NCBI GenBank assembly: GCA_951406725.2
Contig: OX597818.1
Span: 130,944,001 to 131,008,000, forward strand
Direction of reading: 5' to 3'
Length of the DNA stretch: 64,000 bases
From: Octopus vulgaris
Lineage: Eukaryota
Numbering within the stretch: the first letter of the stretch is position 1; every line of letters begins with the position of its first letter. A program made the position numbers and the translations under genes. The notes below the pieces were generated by a model, which was not told the DNA's origin, searched no databases, and saw only the letters and a program-made list of their open reading frames with translations. Shown piece by piece: positions 14,009-27,285 of the stretch.

Positions 14009-14984
14009 CGTGTGTATATATATATATATACACACACATATATTTTATATATATATATATATCTATCCAATGGGCTTCTTTTAGTGTTTGTTTACCAAAT
14101 CCACTGCCAAGTTTTGGTTGACCCGTGGCAATAGTAGAGCACACCGGGTGAAATGCTTAGTGGTATTTCGTCTGCTATTACATTCTGAGTTCAAATTCTG
14201 CTGATGTTGAATTTGCCTTTCATCCCTTCAAGAGTTGATAAAATAAGTATCAATTGAATACTGCATTCAATGTAACTGAGTTAGCCTTTTCTATACTGTT
14301 ATGTACTGGATGGTTTCACTAGAACTAGAGAACCAAGGGACTGCACCATACTCCAATGTTCTGCTTTAACATGATTTCTATGGCTGATATCCTACCTAAT
14401 GCCAACCACTTCATAACTTGGTTTCTATGGCCTTCTATGGCTGATACCCTTACAGAGTGTATAGGGTGCTTTTTACATGGCACCAGCACTGGTGAGGTCA
14501 CCAAGTAACTTGTAAGACAAAACCCTCACTTCATTTGAATGAGGAAGAGTATTGAGGGAGATGGTTTTGTGCTAGGTGAAGTAAGGCTAAAGTATGATAC
14601 AGGGACAGATATATTTCTGTAGGAAAATATATGGTAATCCCAGTTGGAAAAGACAGAAGATGGAGGCTAAGATGTTTCAAAATGCATTCATTACAAGTAA
14701 GAGTGATTGCTTTCAAAAGATGTTTGAAACTCTCAGTTGATTTAGAAATATTAATTTACTCAGCATTGAGTTGAGCTTTGATCAAGAACTTCCTTATCTT
14801 GATCATCCAAATTGTTTTTATACAACAAAGTCAGCATCATCTAAAGTTTTATCTTTTCCAAGAAAATGGTGGTGGGGGGGTGATTCTTTAAGGAAATTTG
14901 GCTGCTGTTTCTAGCAGGTCAATTAGATCACATAGCGACTCCCTTCTTGGTTGGTTGTATGTAAATCTGCTCTGTGTGTGCACT

Positions 14985-15386
14985 CTTTACTCTACTCTTT
15001 TACTCTTTTACTTGTTTCAGTCATTTGACTGCGGCCATACTGGAGCACCGCCTTTAGTCGAGCAAATCGACCCCAGGACTTATTCTTTGTAAGCCCAGTA
15101 CTTATTCTATCGGTCTCTTTTGCTGAACCGCTAAGTGACGGGGGACGTAAACACACCAGCATCGGTTGTCAAGTAATGCTAGGGGGACAAACACAGACAC
15201 ACAAACACACACATACATATATATATACATATATTAGACAGGCTTCTTTCCGTTTCCGTCTACCAAATCCACTCACAAGGCTTTGGTTGGCTATAGTAGA
15301 AGACACTTGCCCAAGGTGCCACGCAATGGGACTGAACCTGGAACTATGCGGTTGGTAAACAAGCTACTTACCACACAGCCACTCCT
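14985..15386 (-). mobile_element. SINE family A
   Basis: Runs from the (ctctttta)n tail and cttgtttcagtcatttgactg through to cttaccacacagccactcctg. Confidence 0.88.
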
Positions 15387-15735
15387 GTGTGTGTGTATGA
15401 TCAGGTGTGGAGGGAATGTATATATGTGATAAGGCAGAAATTGTATATATGTATATAATTGTGTAGAATGTATATATGTGATGAGGTGGTGGTGGATCCA
15501 GATGAGGAAGAAATCTATGTTCAACATATATATATGTGTGTGTATGTATGTGAAGATTGAGTAAGAGTTTCAGGTTGTAGAGGGGAGTAGTGACAGGAAG
15601 AGGAAGAGAGAAGAGAGAAAGAGGAGAGTAATCTTATTTATAGTTGGCTTCCTCTCTCTCTCTCTCTCTCTCCCTTCCTCTCCATCACTCTTCCTCTTCC
15701 TTTTTCTTTTTCTCTCCAGCCTCCACAACTATCAC

Positions 15736-15767
<32 letters not shown>

Positions 15768-16043
15768 CTTCAACTGTAAAATATTCCCTGATTTAAAAGC
15801 TTAACACACTGAATCCATCCTGTCTCACCTCACCCCCGGACATAATCTGAAAACAATCTAACATGCTACGCAACACAACAAGCAACACCCCCTATGCCTA
15901 CATGCACCCATAACTAACTAGGCAGCATTACCCCCTCCCCACTCCCGACACTCACCCCCATTTCCAATGCCCCCCCCACCATCACCACTGTCCACCCCAC
16001 TCCACCACCACTATGCCTATGCACTCACACTACTCCTCACCAT

Positions 16044-16092
<49 letters not shown>

Positions 16093-16102
16093 GCTGCTGC
16101 TG

Positions 16103-16146
<44 letters not shown>

Positions 16147-16156
16147 GCTGCTACTG

Positions 16157-16196
<40 letters not shown>

Positions 16197-16200
16197 AATC
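16044..16200. repeat. (ACT)n/(GCT)n microsatellite
   Basis: Seen directly. Confidence 0.95.
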
Positions 16201-16714
16201 ACCACCATCCCTCTGCCCTTCCATGCCCACATCACATCTTGCAACCACCAGCACCACCATCACCACAACCATCTTGTAACCACCACCACCACCACCACCA
16301 CCACCATCACTGCTGCCACCACCATCGCTGCTCCCAGCGCCTTCATCAACACTATCTCCTGCTCTCATCTGCCTAAGTTACTAGGAACGCCACTGCCCAC
16401 ATCCTTCACATCCAACACTCAGCATTTGAGGAGGCCTCTATGTGGTCGTTAGATCTACTAGAAATGGCAACGAAATCTCCTTCAAATCCCATCCTGATGT
16501 ACTGAGGGGAAAAAAATACATGTTGGAATATGTGAGTTCTAGATTTCCTGCATATAGGAGGAGAATGACGAGATGGTCATGGTGGGAAGCTTTTTAATAA
16601 TAGGCCTGAATGATTAAGGTTGGTCTGGGCTAAACTGAAACAATAGCCAATGTCACCACCACCACCACCACCACCACCACCACCACCACCACTGCCTCCC
16701 ACTATTACCACCAT

Positions 16715-16745
<31 letters not shown>

Positions 16746-17209
16746 GTTGTCATTGTCATCATATGATGATGACAACAACAATGACAACCACTATCACCAC
16801 CACCACCACCACCATCACAACCAGTAATACTATCAACTGTATACCACCTACATCACAACAGCTATCACTGCCACCAGCACTACCACCACCACCACCATCA
16901 CCAGTGTTACTCTCATTAACATACCACTGTCACCACAATCACCACCACCACCACCACCACCACCCACCACACCACCGCGACCAGTATTGCCATAATCAAG
17001 ATGCCACCATCATCACACAAATATCATTGTCATCACCACCATCATCACAACCATTAATATCACAACCAATGCTTTCTCTACAGCCACTTCAGCAACAGCA
17101 TTAACCTTCATCAGCTTTATAAACAATCACCATCAACATAACTATCATCAGCATGACTATTACCATTGCCACCATCACCTTAACCAGTATCAGGACAATT
17201 ACCCCCACC

Positions 17210-17443
17210 TAAGGCGGCGAACTGGCAGAAACGTTAGAATGCCGGGCGAAATGCTTAGCAGTATTTCGTCTGCCGTTATGTTCTGAGTTCAAATTCCGCC
17301 GAGGTCGACTTTGCTTTTCGTCCTTTCGGGGTCGATAAATTAAGTACCAGTTACGCACTGGGGTCGATCTAATCGACTTAATCCGTTTGTCTGTCCTTGT
17401 TTGTCCCCTCTATGTTTAGCCCCTTGTGGGTAGTAAAGAAATA
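17210..17443 (+). mobile_element. Full-length SINE family B with 16-bp TSD
   Basis: gacaattacccccacc at 17194-17209 and 17444-17459. Confidence 0.92.
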
Positions 17444-17800
17444 GACAATTACCCCCACCCCATAGGACAATTCCCAAAAACGACAACTACCTCTTTGGAC
17501 AATTATACCCCTTGGATAATTACCCCTTCTCCAATATATATATTTTTTTCATCTAGTTTCAGCTCACGAGCTGTGGCCATGCTGGGGCACTGCCATTTCA
17601 TATATTAAGAAGTTTTAAATCATCTGTTGACCTTAAGGGTAATTTTCTTAGGGGTGTAATTTATTAACCATGGGGGGGGGGGGTGCTAAATATTCTAGAT
17701 TCCCTTAACCATCTCCATCATTACAACAACTAACAAACATCATTATATCACTATCAGCGCAACTACCACTAAGAATAATGACAAACAGGAGACTCTACAT

Positions 17801-18395
17801 CAGTGGTTCTCGATCAGGGACCACATGGCCCTATGGGGTCCATGTAGGCCTCAGGAGTCCATTCAAGATTTTGTTGTTTAAATTTATGGGCAATAAATCT
17901 GGTTATACTTCAACAATACACAAAATATTTCAATAATTTTTTTATACAATTCTTAAATAGACATGGCTGTGTGGTAACAAGCTTGCTTCCTAACCACATA
18001 GTTCTGGGTTCAGTCCCACTGAATAGAATCTTGGGAAAGCCAATCCTGTGCCTCTACATATATATACATTTATGAGGAGCTTGTTTCAGTTTCCGTCTAC
18101 CAAATCCACTCACAAGGCTTTGGTCAACCCAAGTAGACGACACTTTCCCAAGATTCTATGCAGTGGGACTGAACCCAGAACTATGTGGTTCTGGGTTCAG
18201 TTCCACTATGTGGCACCTTGGGTACGTGTTTTCTACTATAACCTCAGGCAGACCAAAGTCTTTAGAATGGATTTGGTAGATGGAAACTGAAAGAAGCCTG
18301 TTGTATATATATATATATATATATATATATTCATATATATCATCATCATCACATCATCCAATGCTAGCATTGGTTCTATGTGTTTAGGCATCAAA

Positions 18396-18440
<45 letters not shown>

Positions 18441-19466
18441 ATGTGCATGTATTTATGTGTCTGTGTTTGTCTCCCCACCAATACTTGACAACCGATGTTG
18501 GTGTGTTACATCCCTGTAATTAAGCAATTTGGCAAAAGAGACCACTAGAATAAGTACTAGGCTTACAAAGTATAAGTTCTGGGTCGATTTGTTCGACTAA
18601 AGGGAGTGCTCCAGCATGGCCGCAGCCAAATGACTGAAACAAGTAAAAGAAGAAAAGAATATACATTACAGCTGTTTCTAATGAATTTTTTTTTATTGAT
18701 TAATGAGTACATTATGTTATTATTTAAAAAAAAACTGTTTTCTTCAGATTAATACATGAACTTTACAATTAAGGACATCTAAAAATGTTTTGAATCCTCG
18801 GCATGTGCATATTTAGCAATTCCATGATCAATGCTTGTTGCAGAACGAATGAATGTATGTATGTATGTATGTATGCATTTGTTTGTTTGTATGTATGTAT
18901 GTATATAGCCATATGTGTGTGTATCTTTGTGTCTGCGTTTGTCTCCCACTACCACTTGACAACCAATGTTGGTGTGTTTATATCCCCGGACCTTAGTAGT
19001 TCAGTAAAAGAGACTGATAGAATAAGTACTAGACCTAAAAAAAAATAATAACCCTGAGCTTGATTTGTTCAACTAAGACCCTTCATGGTGGTGCCCCAAC
19101 ATGGCAACAGTCAAATGACTGAAACAAGTGAAAAAAAAAATTGATTATAAAAATGTGATATGACTTTTTAAACTTTCTTTTCTACTCTAGGCACAAGGCC
19201 TGAAATTTTGTGGCGGAGGGGGCCAGTCGATTAGATCAACCCCAGTACACAACTGGTACTTAATTTATCGACCCCGAAAGGATGAAAGGCAAAGTTGACC
19301 TCGGCGGAATTTAAACTCAGAACATAAAGCCAGATGAAAAACTGCTAAGTATTTTGACTGGTTTGCTAACGATTATGACTTTTTAACCATTGAATGGTAA
19401 GTAGGGTCCATCCGAGTAAAATGGGAATCAAAGGGGTCTAGAGACAAAACATGGTTGAGAAAAACT
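17801..19466. mobile_element. Probable old hAT-like non-autonomous element interrupted by several SINE A/B insertions
   Basis: Ends cagtggttctc...gttgagaaaaactg resemble hAT termini. Related pieces lie at 36736 and 42234. No intact 8-bp TSD is seen. Confidence 0.4.
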
Positions 19467-19984
19467 GCTCCATGGGATTGCTTCGATGTGCTATGAATAA
19501 CAGCCATATCACTCTCAGATCACACATGTAAAATAATGTGGTCCCTGTTTTCCTTGCACACAGGAAAATAAACAATGGAATAGTCAAGGCTAGAGTACTT
19601 GTGATCATAGATCTCCTTGAACTTGTCTGACTCAGGGCTAAACAAAAACAACAACAACAACAACAACGCTATCATCCAGCATTGTGATCTCCCACTGATT
19701 ATTCGCATCACGCTGCCAGTGCCACAAGATCAACACCAGCATTATCTCATACCAGAATCACTAAGCTACTGTCTTCATCAAGCACTGCCACAATAACCTC
19801 CACCACTATGAAGTCTGATTGATCAGAGCTATCCCGGGGCTAAACAACAAACATCACGAACCACAACATGGTATTATGAATCAACTACGCAGATCTCTAT
19901 GTGGCATCTCAACACAGCTAGAAACAGCAGTTAAATTTCACTCAAATTGCATGCTGTTGTCTTTTTTCTTTTTAATATATATAT

Positions 19985-20450
19985 TTGTACTCCTTGGAAC
20001 GAAGACGAGAGAGATATGCAGTGATATACATATGGAAAATCCTGGAGGGACTAGCACCAAATTTTGGAATTGAGAGCTGTTCCAATCCCCGTACAGGACG
20101 TCACTGTGTGGTGCCAAAGGTCCCGTCTTCCACATCCAGGGTAAGGAGCAGATACTGTAATAGCCTGGGGTTCAGGGGCCCTCAGCTTTTCAACAAACTG
20201 CCAAGAAAACTAAGAGATCTACATGATGCGGATGTGGACATTTTCAAAAAACATCTAGACAAGCTGCTTTCCAGGATCCCAGATGAACCCACTGCAAGGT
20301 ACGAAGGTAACCTAAGGGCAGCAGCTACAAACTCTCTCTTAGATCAGTGGCCAGCCACGGCAAACTGGACTTAGAGAGGGTAGCAACAAGGGCGGTGCCC
20401 CAGCATGGCCTCAGCCGGATGGCTGAAACAAGTAAAAGAGTAAAAGAGTA
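19985..20450 (+). mobile_element. 5'-truncated CR1-group LINE 3' end (open ORF2 C-terminus, short 3' UTR, (taaaagag)n tail)
   Basis: Uninterrupted YSLERRRERYAVIYIWKILEGL...RGPQLFNKLPRKLRDL...FKKHLDKLLSRIPDEP, a typical non-LTR RT C-terminus. The tail is shared with SINE A. Exact clade is uncertain. Confidence 0.88.
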
Positions 20451-20616
20451 TATATAGAAGAAATTAGATAATTTGATGGGTGTGGTTCTCAATTTCTGTT
20501 TTGAGTTGTAGAGTTGCCATCCATGACATTCCAGTAATATGTAAAGCATTTAAAATCTGGTGGAGTCCATCCCTCTCCAGCTTTAAAGGCAGATGCTTTC
20601 ATCCAGAAAGAATGTA

Positions 20617-21081
20617 TAGGAGAGGGAAGTAGGAGAGAAGGAAAGAGAAAGAAGGACTGAGTAAGTGGGGGAGAAGGGGAAGAAGGGGAAGAGGAAGAAG
20701 AAGAAGAAGAAGAAGAAGAAGAAGAAGAAGGAAGAGGAGAAGAAGAAGAGGAGGAGGAGAGGAGAGGAAGGAGGAGAGGAGAGGAAGGAGGAGGAGGAAG
20801 AAGAAGAAGAAAAAGGAGGAGGAAGGAGAGGGAAGTAGGAGAAGAAGGAAAGAAAAAGAAGGACTGAGTAAGTGGGGGAGAAGGGGAAGAAGGGGGAAGA
20901 AGAAGAAGAAGAAGAAGAAGAAGAAGAAGAAGGAAGAGGAGAAGAAGAAGAGGAGGAGGAGAGGAGAGGAAGGAGGAGGAGGAAGAAGAAGAAGAAAAAG
21001 GAGGAGGAAGGAGAGGGAAGTAGGAGAGAAGGAAAGAGAAAGAAGGACTGAGTAAGTGGGGGAGAAGGGGAAGAAGGGGAA

Positions 21082-21116
<35 letters not shown>

Positions 21117-21444
21117 AGGAAAAGGAGAAGAAGAAGAGGAGGAGGAGAGGAGAGGAAGGAGGAGGAGGAAGAAGAAGAAAAAAAGGAGGAGGAGGAGGAG
21201 GAGAAGAAGAAGAAGAAGAAAAAGGAGGAGGAGGAGGAGAAGAAGAAAAACAAGAAGAAAAACAAGAAGAAGAAGAAGAGGAGAAGAAGAAGAAGAAGAA
21301 GAAGAAGAAGAAGAAGAGGAGGAGAAGAAGAAGAAGAAGAAGAAGGAGGAGGAGGAAGAAGAAGAAGAAGAAGAAGATGAGGAGGAGGAGGAAGAGGAGG
21401 AAGAAGAAGAAGAAGAAGAAGAAGAAGAAGAAGAAGAAGAAGAA
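20617..21444. repeat. Near-homopurine (GAA/GGA)n tract with three higher-order units
   Basis: Anchor gaaggactgagtaagtggggg at 20651, 20858 and 21042. Confidence 0.93.
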
Positions 21445-21656
21445 TCATTAGTACTTTATTGATAAAGTACTGGTAATTTATTGATCTTTGAAGGAGTAAC
21501 CTTTTTTTGTGGTTATATTTCTGTTGAAATGCATTATATTGGGAAGTAATGTTTATCACCCCATTTCTGACACCAGGAGGAGCTTCCTCCAACTGGTTAT
21601 CGCTGCAATCTGCACCTGATATATATTGCAAACAGGGGAATGAACCCCTAACATCT

Positions 21657-21738
21657 TCTAGCAGATGATGGTTTCACCAGACCATATGGTTTTGGGCTAT
21701 TTGTGTCTGTTATCAGTGGTGAATACCCGTCTGCTAGA
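21657..21738 (-). ncRNA. Decayed type I hammerhead ribozyme (fossil)
   Basis: UCUAGCAGACGGGUA-UUCACCA-CUGAUAA-CAGACACAAAUAGCCC-AAAA-CC AUAU GG-UC-UGGUGAA-ACCAUCAUCUGCUAGA. Stems I and III are intact; core G8 and G12 read A. Confidence 0.65.
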
Positions 21739-21903
21739 GATAGCAGTAATTTTTTTACTCTGGCTTGCAATATATATAGAAAACCAAATGATCTTGCAAC
21801 AAACAAAGTAGCTCGTTAAAAAATCTCTATAAGAGATGAAAGTAATAATTATACTGAGGAGTAATGCTTATTGCATTATATTTGCTTCAATTAATTTGGA
21901 AAA

Positions 21904-22190
21904 TTATAATAATAATAATAATGAAATTATTGTATACAGTGCTCAGGTGCACCACAACTTGTCAGAAAGTGCATATAAAGTACATGCAGTAGTGTAGAAA
22001 TGTCTGGAAAGTGAACATGCTTGTGTGTGTATGGAGGGGAGAAAATCAGGTGTAGTGTTGGCGAATCTCAGAAAGCATGGAAGTTTTGAAGGATGCAGTG
22101 CTCCGACAACTAACAACTGATGCCGGCAGTTTGTTCCACGCTTCAGCAACTCTCAGCGTGAAAAAATGTTTCCTGAAGTCATGGGAGCTG
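21904..22190 (-). mobile_element. 5'-truncated CR1 LINE 3' end with (ATT)n tail
   Basis: HSSHDFRKHFFTLRVAEAWNKLPASVVSCRSTASFK matches the CR1 ORF2 C-terminal pattern R..FF..RV...WN.LP..VV. Confidence 0.85.
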
Positions 22191-22403
22191 TGGATCACTT
22201 GAAAACAAATAATTTGTATTATAATTTCTATCTTAGAGTTAGGAACTGTTTTGGGAGATGTGGTTTCGAAGGGGTTAACACTTGAGCATTTAGATTTTTC
22301 TGTCAAATGAAATGCATATTTACAAAGATTGTTCTGAATTTAATTATGTATTATTACATAGTTTGAATCTTTTGTTGATGTGATAGTTTATATTTAAAAT
22401 GAC

Positions 22404-22571
22404 ATAGGCGCAGGAGTGGCTGTGTGGTAAGTAGCTTGCTAACCAACCACATGATTCTAGGTTCAGTCCCACTGTGTGGCATCTTGGGCAAGTGTCTTCT
22501 GCTATAGCCTCGAGCCGATCAATGCCTTGTGAGTGGATTTGGTAGACGGAAACTGAAAGAAGCCTGTCGTA

Positions 22572-22614
<43 letters not shown>

Positions 22615-22831
22615 ATATGCTTGTGTGTCTGTGTTTGTCCCTCTAGCATTGCTTGACAACCGATGCTGGTGTGTTTACGTCCCCGTCACTTAGCGGTTCG
22701 GCAAAAAAGACCGATAGAATAAGTACTGGGCTTGCAAAGAATAAGTCCCGGGGTCGATTTGCTTGACAAAAGGCAGTGCTCCAGCATGGCCACAGTCAAA
22801 TGACTGAAACAACTAAAAGAGTAAAAGAGAG
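22404..22831 (+). mobile_element. Full-length SINE family A, inside a TTAA-MITE remnant (about 22276-22916)
   Basis: A box tggctgtgtgg, B box ggttcagtccc, complete tail. Confidence 0.9.
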
Positions 22832-23095
22832 AGTAGGTTGGTGAAAGAAGCCAGAACTGGTCAGTTTTAACATAAAACAGGAGGAATATAGTCAGTTTAA
22901 ATGCCAAAGAGTTAAAGGGGAAGGTAGCCTCAACAAGAATTGAACTCAGATGGCAGGGAATGGAAATGACTAAACATTTTATTCGGTGGTCTAATGAGTC
23001 TGCCAACTGACCACTTTAGACAATACGATCTGGGTTACATATTGTTACATTTTGGGATATTTCTTTTCCTTGCCAAATAAATATACACACTATAT

Positions 23096-23497
23096 TGAGT
23101 CAAGTACATCAACACCAACATCAATATCAAAATCAAATGGAAATTGTAGTTAAGATACCTGTGCTGGTGACATGTAAAAAGCACCCTCCAAACGTGGCAG
23201 ATGCTAGCGCCGCCTGTTTGGCATCTGTGTCGGTGACATGTAAAAGCACCAACCGATCGTGGCCGTTTGCCAGCCTCCTCTGGCCCCTGTGCCAGTGGCA
23301 CGTAAAAAGGACCCACTACACACACGGAGTGGTTGGCATTAGGAAGGGCATCCAGCTGTAGAAACACTGCCAGATCAGACTGGAGCCTGGTGCAGCCTCC
23401 TGGCTTCCCAGACCCCGGCTAAACTGTCCAACCCATGCTAGCATGGAAAACGGACGTTAAACGATGATGATGATGACGATGATGATGATGATGACGA
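23096..23497 (+). mobile_element. Family C RTE 3'-UTR fragment with (GAT)n tail, inserted in a family H3 element (23028-23725)
   Basis: Standard family C 3' end. The flanks are homologous to 31105-31445. Confidence 0.85.
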
Positions 23498-23767
23498 CTA
23501 TATATTCGTTCTTCAGTCATTTATTATTGTCCTTATTTCATTTTATGTCCATTGTCTAGAAATCTTTCAGCACACACCTGTAACCTCTTCAGCGACTATT
23601 CTATCCCATGTGTATCCTCCTGTTCTGTTTAGTCCTTTCCCAAAATACAACAGTACCTGTTTCAGCCCACGATTTCACATCAGGAATCTTGCAAAACAAA
23701 TTCATAGACGCAGATCTGGGTTACACTATACTTGCCAAGAAAAAAAAAAAAAAATCCATCATCGTTT

Positions 23768-24195
23768 ATAGGCGCAGGAGTGGCTGTGTGGTAAGTAGCT
23801 TGCTAATCAACCACATGGTTGCGGGTTCAGTCCCACTGCGTGGCATCTTGGGCAAGTGTCTTCTGCTATAGCCCCGGGCCGACCAATGCCTTGTGAGTGG
23901 ATTTGGTAGACGGAAACTGAAAGAAGCCTGTCGTATATATGTATATATATATATATATAAGTGTGTGTGTGTGTGATTGTGTGTCTGTGTTCGTACCGTA
24001 GCATTGCTTGACAACCGATGCTGGTGTGTTTACGTCCTCGTCACTTAGCGGTTCAGCAAAGGAGACCGATAGAATAAGTACTCGGCTTACAAAGAATGGG
24101 TCCCGGGGGTCGATTTGCTCGACTGGAGGTGGTGCTCCAGCATGGCCGCAGTCAAATGACTGAAACAAGTAAAAAGAGTAAAAGAGAGTAAAGAG
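23768..24195 (+). mobile_element. Full-length SINE family A
   Basis: Complete head-core-tail, CpG-rich, so probably young. Confidence 0.92.
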
Positions 24196-24418
24196 GATAG
24201 TGATGGAGAGAAAATATTTAATTAAAGATCTGCTTGATCAAAACTGACCAGTGGTGTAAAAGAAAAGAAAATTTAGCATATATCAACACCTAAGAAACTA
24301 GCTAGAATTAGCTGCCAAATCTTCAAATTAGACTTATGGTTTTACGTAAAGAAGGGTACAGTAATCCAGCAAAGGAGCCTCTATATGGTTGCTCAAGTTG
24401 CTAGAAATAGTAGCCAAA

Positions 24419-24825
24419 TAGGCGCAGGAGTGGCTGTGTAGTAAGTAGCTTGCTAACCAACCACATGGTTCTGGGTTCAGTCCCACTGCGTGGAATCTTG
24501 GGCAAGTGTCTTCTGCTATAGCCCCAGGCCGATCAATGCCTTGTGAGTGGATTTGGTAGACGGAAACTGAAAGAAGCCTGTCGTATATATGTATATATAT
24601 ATATGTATGTGTGTGTGTGTTTGTGTGTCTGTGTTTGTCCCCCTAGCATTGCTTGACAAACGATGCTGGTTTGTTTACGTCCCCGTCACTTAGCGGTTCG
24701 GCGAAAGAGACCGATAGAATAAGTACTGGGCTTACAAAGAATAAGTTCCGGGGTCGATTTGCTCGACTAAAAGGCGGTGCTCCAGCATGGCCGCAGTCAA
24801 ATGACTGAAACAAATAAAAGAGTAA
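24419..24825 (+). mobile_element. Full-length SINE family A
   Basis: Highly similar to the 23768 copy. Confidence 0.92.
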
Positions 24826-25103
24826 ATCTTCAAATCATTCCCAACCATTTTAGAAAAAAGTTGTATAATTCAATGCAGAAATCCCAGCGCAGAAAAAATG
24901 ATGGAATGGTCATAACTGGAATGCTTATGATTAAAGGTCTGCTTGAAGAGGGTTGGTATGGAGTTAATCAATGGGTTTAATAGGCATATGGCAGATAATA
25001 CAGTACAAGATATACCATGTATTAAAAATATGATGAGAGAGGCATGGTTGGCTGCAATGGCTATTGAACATTGATTAACTAAATCAAGGCTGACCAGAGT
25101 CCA

Positions 25104-25148
<45 letters not shown>

Positions 25149-25709
25149 CATAATAATAATAATAATAATCATAATAATAATAATAATCATTTCTAAAATA
25201 GTCACAAGGCCTGAAATTTGTGGAGAGGGGATAAGTTGCTTGCATTGGCCCTAGTGTTTCACTGGTGCTTAATTTATTGACCCCAAAAGGATGGGAGGCA
25301 AAGGTGACCTCTATGGAATTTGAACTCTGAATGCAAGGATGGATGAATATCGCTAACCATTTTGCCTGGCATGCTAACAATTCTGCCAGCTTGCTGCCAT
25401 ATAAAATAATAAAGCCTGAAATTTTGGGCGACAGGATGGGGGCATGGCTTAGTGGATTACATCAAAACCAGTGTATGACTGGTATTTATTTCATTGACCT
25501 CGAAAACATGAAAGGCAAAGTCAATAATGAGAAGAAGACCCATCAAGCCAAGCAAAATCGCAGTCGTAATAGATACCGGTGTCACGCAAACGACACTTGT
25601 GCCAGTGGCACGTAAAAGCACCCCGAAAGGATGTAAGGCAAAATCAACCTCCTCCTCCTCCTCCTCCTCCTCCTCCTCCTCCTCCTCATCCTCCTCCTCC
25701 TCCTCCTCC

Positions 25710-25749
<40 letters not shown>

Positions 25750-25990
25750 AACGTCCGTTTTCCATGCTAGCATGGGTCGGACGGTTCAACTGGGGTCTGT
25801 GGAGCCAGTAGGCTGCGCCAGGCTCCAGCCTGATCTGGCAGTGTTTCTACAGCTGGATGCCCTTCCTAATGCCAACCTCATATGAATTTAGAACTCAGAA
25901 TGTAAAGATGGATGAAATGCTGCTGACCATCTTGCCTGACTATCCAAGATGCTATCAATTCTACCAGCTCAATAACTTATATAATAATAA

Positions 25991-26225
25991 TAAGGCGGCG
26001 AGCTGGTAGAAACGTTAGCATGCCGGGCGAAATTCGTAGCCGTATTTCATCTGTCGTTACGTTCCGAGTTCAAATTTCGTCGAGGTCGACTTTGCCTTTC
26101 ATCCTTTCGGGGTCGATAAATTAAGTACCAGTTATGCACTGGAGTCGATGTAGTCGACTTAATCCCTTTGTCTGTCCTTGTTTGTCCCTTCTATGTTTAG
26201 CCCCTCGTGGGTAGTAAAGAAATAA
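25991..26225 (+). mobile_element. SINE family B with low-complexity TSD, among decayed minus-strand B copies
   Basis: atataataataataagg at 25979-25995 and 26226-26242. Confidence 0.88.
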
Positions 26226-26727
26226 ATATAATAATAATAAGGTCTGAAATTTTGGGGGATGGGACAGGGTGGGGATGGTTTGTCAATTACATCAACCCCC
26301 CCCTCCTCCCCAGTGTATAACTGGTATTTATCTCATTGACCTCGAAAGCATAAAAAGGCAAAGTCAACCTCAGCAGCATTTGAACTCGGATCACAAAGAC
26401 AGATGAAATGTGTTTCGTCTGTCTGGCGTGCCAACACCAATAACAATCAACACCATCTTACGACAAACAACTCAGCACCAAACCACCACCACCACCACTC
26501 CCAAACCACCACCAGCACCACCAGCTCTATCAACATCATTACCATCACAACACCAACACCGCCACCATCGCCACCACCTTTATAACCCTTACCAAACCTA
26601 AAATCCTCATCCTGACAACATTTGTAAATATTAACACCACCAAGACAACAGTCACCAATCAGCTTCACATAGCACTGTTGCTTCCACCATCACATGCCAT
26701 CAATACCCAGTACCACCATCGCCAATA

Positions 26728-26731
26728 CTTT

Positions 26732-26784
<53 letters not shown>

Positions 26785-26785
26785 T

Positions 26786-26817
<32 letters not shown>

Positions 26818-26869
26818 TCACTACTACTACTATCACTACTACTACTACTACTATCACTACTACTACTAT

Positions 26870-26901
<32 letters not shown>

Positions 26902-26947
26902 TCACTACTACTACTACAACTACTTTCACTACTACTACAACTATTAT

Positions 26948-26988
<41 letters not shown>

Positions 26989-27088
26989 TCACTACTACTA
27001 CTATCACTACTACTACTACTACTACTACTACTACAACCACTACTACTACTATCACTACTACTACAACTACTATCACTACTACTACTAT

Positions 27089-27123
<35 letters not shown>

Positions 27124-27172
27124 TCACTACTACTACTACTACAACTACTTTCACTACTACTACAACTATTAT

Positions 27173-27225
<53 letters not shown>

Positions 27226-27227
27226 TC

Positions 27228-27284
<57 letters not shown>

Positions 27285-27285
27285 G
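26728..27285. repeat. Long interrupted (ACT)n microsatellite
   Basis: ATC, ACA and TTC interruptions recur; ttt markers at 26729, 26924 and 27149. Confidence 0.95.

Noticed and set aside
21657-21738. miRNA precursor hairpin
   Set aside because: The terminal region is branched and about 40 nt, and is better explained as a hammerhead three-way junction.
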